From Nemertoderma westbladi (lineage: Eukaryota; Animalia; Xenacoelomorpha), in NCBI GenBank assembly GCA_032718475.1, contig JAUCBJ010008354.1:1-64000 (forward strand): DNA of 64,000 bases. Direction: 5' to 3'. Made by a program: the position numbers and the translations under genes. The notes under the pieces are model-generated. The model had not been told where the DNA came from and made no database searches. It was given only the letters and a program-made list of their open reading frames with translations. Below are positions 59,278 to 64,000 of the stretch, one piece after another (position 1 is the first letter of the stretch; each line of letters opens with the position of its first letter).

Positions 59278-62200
59278 ATGTCTGACACAAAGCAAAACCT
59301 GTCAGACAGTCTCCTAGATACAACCATATGTGACCCAGACAGGAGTGTGGAATGTGTAGGACCGAAGTTCAACTCACCTCCTACTGTAAGAAAGATCATC
59401 CCTCCCGTAGTAATATCAGACCCTAGGCTAGTCCAACATCGTAGGTCTATCATAAGCACTCGAGCTCAGGTCAAGCGGGACCAAGAAGCAGCAGAACAGC
59501 AACAACCCGTGAGCCAAGAACTTATTTCTCAGCGGCCCGACAGCTCCAGTAGTGCGGATACTGTAGAGCTGACACCCGAGCACGGCGCAAAGATGACAGA
59601 TGCGGTTTATTCGCACCCCCTTCTCATCCTTTTTGCAGCCGTACTCACTAGGTTATTGATTGCGGTGGAAGAACACCAGATCGATTGGGCGAGAAATAAG
59701 CGATCGACTAAAGATAGTTATGCGGGATACACAAGGGAAGAACTGAAGTCTATTGTCGAGTCGCAATGGAACTTCCCCGGACCCGGACTCCCATTTGATT
59801 TATCAGAAGCTGCCTGGGAAGACATACACAGGATGGGAGTAACCAAGGAAACCATCGATCCAGCTGTGTGGAAGAGGTCCGCAGCCGGATACGTACAGGG
59901 ATTCTTCAGCTCCATGGAGCGATTAGAAGAACAACTGTTTCAACAACCCCAAGGACCTCAAGAGCAGGGACAGCTGCTTTATCAAGTTAGAGAAAGAATT
60001 CTACGAATCAGGCTAATCTTATCGGCCTTTGAGGAGGCTTCTAAAAGAAGACAAGACACGTCGTTGCAAGTTGCCGTAAAGACTTGGTTTCAACGGGTGA
60101 GTCTCCAGGTGCAAGGAACGGTTCAGTGGAAAGCCCAGCTGGATGAGCGCTCAACCCATGGAGAATCAACAGACGCTACTTTTTCCTAAGTGGAAAGTGA
60201 AGCGACGGCAGAGAAACCGCATAAGAGGGATGCCATTGACATCTATCTGTCAGACTATCAACGTTTTTTAGGTGATGAAGAGTTGAGGAGAAGGCTAGAT
60301 GGACTTAGCCCTAATAGTGAATGAACCCAGCGTGTGTTGGACGCCATCGATGTGGATATGAGAGCTGCGAACCAAGCTAAATTTGATGAACGCCTCCGCA
60401 TCGCTAAAGTCCAAGAAGAACAAGTAAAGAAAAAACGTATAGAAGACAGAAAGATAGCAGCAGCGGCAGCAGCAGAAGCAGAAGCAGAAAGAAAGGCGGC
60501 AGAGGCAGCGGCAGAGGCAAAAGCGGCAGCGGCAGAGGCAAAAGCGGCAGCAGCGGCAGAAGCGGAAAGAAAGATAGCGGTGGCAGAAGCAGAACGGAGA
60601 GCGGCTGAAGAGATCGCCCAACTAGATAAGGAAAATATTCAAGAGAATCAAGACTGCATAAATAAACAGTTAACAGCTAGTCAAATGCAGATGATGAGTC
60701 GATCTACTCCCAAAAGACAGGGATATACATCATCTGAGGAAGGCGATACAACTGATACTTAAGGCGGAAGAAATAGATCTCGTCTAAGCAGACGTAGAAG
60801 AACATCCCACCGTCATAAATTGCCTGATTTGCCCCCAGCTGTTAAAAGGCAACTAACTAACACAAACTTAGGTAGTACAGAACCCACAGACCAAATAATT
60901 AATATAGAAAGACTCACTACTATAGTAGATGAGCCTGAAATAATTAGGCCTGTTCTTGAAGCCACCCCTTCGGTGATAGAGACACCTGTACTCCCTGAAC
61001 CTACCTCTAAATTCCCTCTGCACAGCACTAAGCTACCTGTGCCCCACAGAACCACCCCTGAAATTGTTCATGTCCTGGACTCCGAGCGAAATATTCATGA
61101 TTTGTCGCCCGTTGTCCCTCGTCCGCCCGCTACAACGTTGGCGCCTCCCGCTTCGGCGGTCGAGTGGGTAGATGAGGGACGACGGGAGATGGGTCTCCTG
61201 CTCGGACAGCTGAGGGAACAACATTCTCGCTCCTCTCAGCAGGCCCAGGAGATGGAGGGAACTGTGCAGCAGTTAAAGGGAACAATTAGAGAGAGTAGGT
61301 TAGAGTTGCAAGAAGTGCAGCAAAGTATCGTGTTAGAACGCGATAAATTAGTAAATACACAAAAGGGTATACCACCAACCCCGGTAACAATGTGTCAACC
61401 TGTTAGGTCTGAAGTATTTCATGCGCAAGGTGTGGAGCCTACACGCATATATACTGCTAGCGAAGTAGAAACTCCTATAGTGAACCCTATTAAGGGTAGT
61501 TATAGACCTGTTGATAATGATATTCCCTATAGACCTGATTATAATCCGAGAAATTTATATACCGATAACTCGATATTAAATAACACGATGGCCCAAGAAA
61601 GTTTTACGCGTCAAATGGCTAGAACCGAAGCCCGTCAAGCGGTAAAGGTGGGAGAGATAGTCAAGTTCAATGGAGATGAGATGAAATGGTTACCTTTTAA
61701 TGAATATTATAAAGATAACATACAGAACTCTGTACTATCTAATGGAGAGAAACTTAGATTCCTCATCGAGTGCTTGGAAGGATCTCCCAAGTTAATGGCG
61801 TTAAAGTTTATTGGACATCCAGACGGATTAAGACAAGTTTGGGATACACTAAACATCAGGTATGGTAATAGGAATAACATAGCTAAATATTTGTATGCAA
61901 AATTAGTAGCGCCCCGAAAGTTCATTAGCAGCGGGATAATAGAGTTTTCCGATGAGATTCAAGAGATCTGTAGACAATTAGATTGGTTAGGTAAGTCTCA
62001 TGAATATCAGAGTTCTATGGTTATTGGAGCCGTGGCTTCTACTTTACCGAAGGGTGGAGTAGGTACACGCTGGGATAAAAAAGTGTTATATATGATGGAA
62101 CAACAACGACGAGACCCTACCATGGCTGATCTCATGTCATTCTTAGATGGAGAAGTGAAATTACAGCTCCTAAAACAGTCCAGAGAGAAGACACCGGAAA

Positions 62201-64000
62201 ACAAGGTAAGTGAGAAACCCGTTTCTAGGAGAAAGGTAACACCAGTGTGTTATACCGACGACGGCGAAAGCCAGACTTCTCAAGGGGAGGATAGCGGGAA
62301 AGACACTGAAAGATCTTATTATGTCAATAAAACGCCTAAAGAACAGGTAAGTAAATTCAAGTCTCGAACCAATGACAGGAGAGAACAGGTAAGAAAAACT
62401 CCTCCTACGTCTCCTAAGAGCATTCAGGTGAGAAAGCCCGAAGAAAGAACGAGTGTGCACAATGTTATTCAAAATAAGGTAAGTAACATCAAACCGAAAT
62501 GTGCCCTATGTGACGGGACCCACCGTTTGAATATGTGTGATGAATTCCTGAAGAAATCATTAACGGAGAGACGGGAAGTCATGTGGGATAAGCGGTTGTG
62601 TTATAATTGCCTCAGACAAGGACACCAACGGCGAACCTGTTACTCCGACACAAGGTGTGCAAAGTGTGGTGCGAAACATCATATCTTGTTGCACACTGAA
62701 TTTGAGCGAAACAGCCAGAGTCAGGTAAGTGATTCCGAACTACATGTCCAATTCAGTGATGTGAACGACACTGACCAAAGTTCTGAGATGGAAGGATTCT
62801 ATACAGATGAATTCTCCGACGAAGATGAATCCTGTTACATGATAAATACCGCAGTGTATCGAGCACTTACGTATGAAAAAGACACAGACAGCGACCTCAC
62901 CCTAACTACTTCTGAGCGACAACCATCTTGGAAAGCGCCACCTTCCAATGTAGGAATCCGAGAATTTCCTGTAGTACAGGTAAGGGTCCACGGCCCTAAA
63001 AGGAGTTATGTAGTGAACGCCCTCCTTGACTCCGGTAGTACAGGAACATTCATCGACAAAGAACTAGCCGAAGACATCTTTGCTGGACAACCCAAGTTCC
63101 GAACTAAGCTAAACATGTCAGGAATTATGCAGGTTTGGAAATCTACAGTAATAGCGGATTATTATGTAGGTGCGTTGTCCACCCCCCAGGATGAACTAGG
63201 AGAACATAGTATAAGGTCAGTAAAAATGGTGGCGATAAAGAACTTCGTTACCACCCAAGTGGAACCATATAACTGGGATGAGGACGATTTCACCCAGCAG
63301 CTGGAAATACCTAGATTCAACACCGATTACCCTGGAGTGCAAATACTCATCGGTCAAAACGCGCATGAAGCGCTCGAGACATTGGAGAAACGGCCTGCTC
63401 AACCGCAACCACTACAAGCTTATGCGGGAAGAACTAGAGTGGGTTGGTACTTTACGGGCCCTTCCCGTAGAACTCTCCTGGAAAGATTACCGAAAGACCA
63501 GGTATATCAAGTAAGAGAATGGGAAGTCGAGGGCAGTGAGTTAGACGATCCAACTGAGGGAACACCATACTCCTCAGATAATGACGATGTCCACCAACTT
63601 TTCGATGAGGAGAATAGGAAAACGAGACTTGGCAAAACCAAGTGAACTTATGTCAGCTCCTTCTTCTATCAGAACGAGACGACTATAACGACGAACTTAA
63701 TGACGTCATTGAACGTTATAATGCCAATACTCGGGATGAACATGCCGTACGATTCTTTACTCAAGAGCCTGTAGAGCCCAATTCCTACGATAAGGCCCTA
63801 TCGGTAGAGGAAGAAAGAGCCAAGCAGATCCAAGAGACAACTACACGTTTTATTAAAGATCAAGGTAGATATGAGATCGGTCTACCTTTCCGAAAGCGAG
63901 AACCAAAGTTCGTAAACAACAGACCCTTGGCGGAGAAAAGAATTGCTCATCTACATCGACGCCTTACGGCAAATTCTTCAGCTAAAGAAATGTATCAAAC
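59278..64000 (+). pseudogene. gag-pol of A4 (disrupted, partial)
   Basis: Gag core, three CCHC-type knuckles (CALCDGTH..C, CYNCLRQGH..C, CAKCGAKHH), protease ALLDSGS; several stops and a frameshift near 63620. Confidence 0.9.

Larger units (their letters stand above)
55789..64000 (+). mobile_element. BEL/Pao family A copy A4 (5' LTR, leader, gag-pol running off the window)
   Basis: LTR 55789-56968; leader with a 290-bp tandem duplication (about 57251-57540 and 57541-57830); gag from 59278. Confidence 0.9.

Overview
Eukaryotic (probably invertebrate animal) repeat-rich DNA. Most of the window is a nest of LTR retrotransposons around one host gene, an intronless PRPF3 (U4/U6 snRNP Prp3; 44154-46085, minus strand). 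I resolve four copies of a large BEL/Pao family 'A' (LTR about 1.15-1.2 kb, about 1.9 kb 5' leader, gag-pol, extra non-env ORF), one complete young BEL/Pao element 'B1' with a related LTR fragment 'B2', two Ty3/Gypsy elements, several MITEs, a tRNA-like relic and several tandem arrays. Main observation: none of the five elements whose 5' LTR/internal junction is visible has a TGG-type tRNA primer-binding site. Instead, the 9-17 nt next to each 5' LTR are the reverse complement of a sequence inside that element's own LTR. In three diverged family-A copies the two sites change together (ATAATAGATTT, ATAACAGTTAT, ATAACAGATAT). This is the signature of Tf1-like, tRNA-independent self-priming of reverse transcription, here in BEL/Pao elements. 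All coordinates and alignments were read by eye; no database searches were run.
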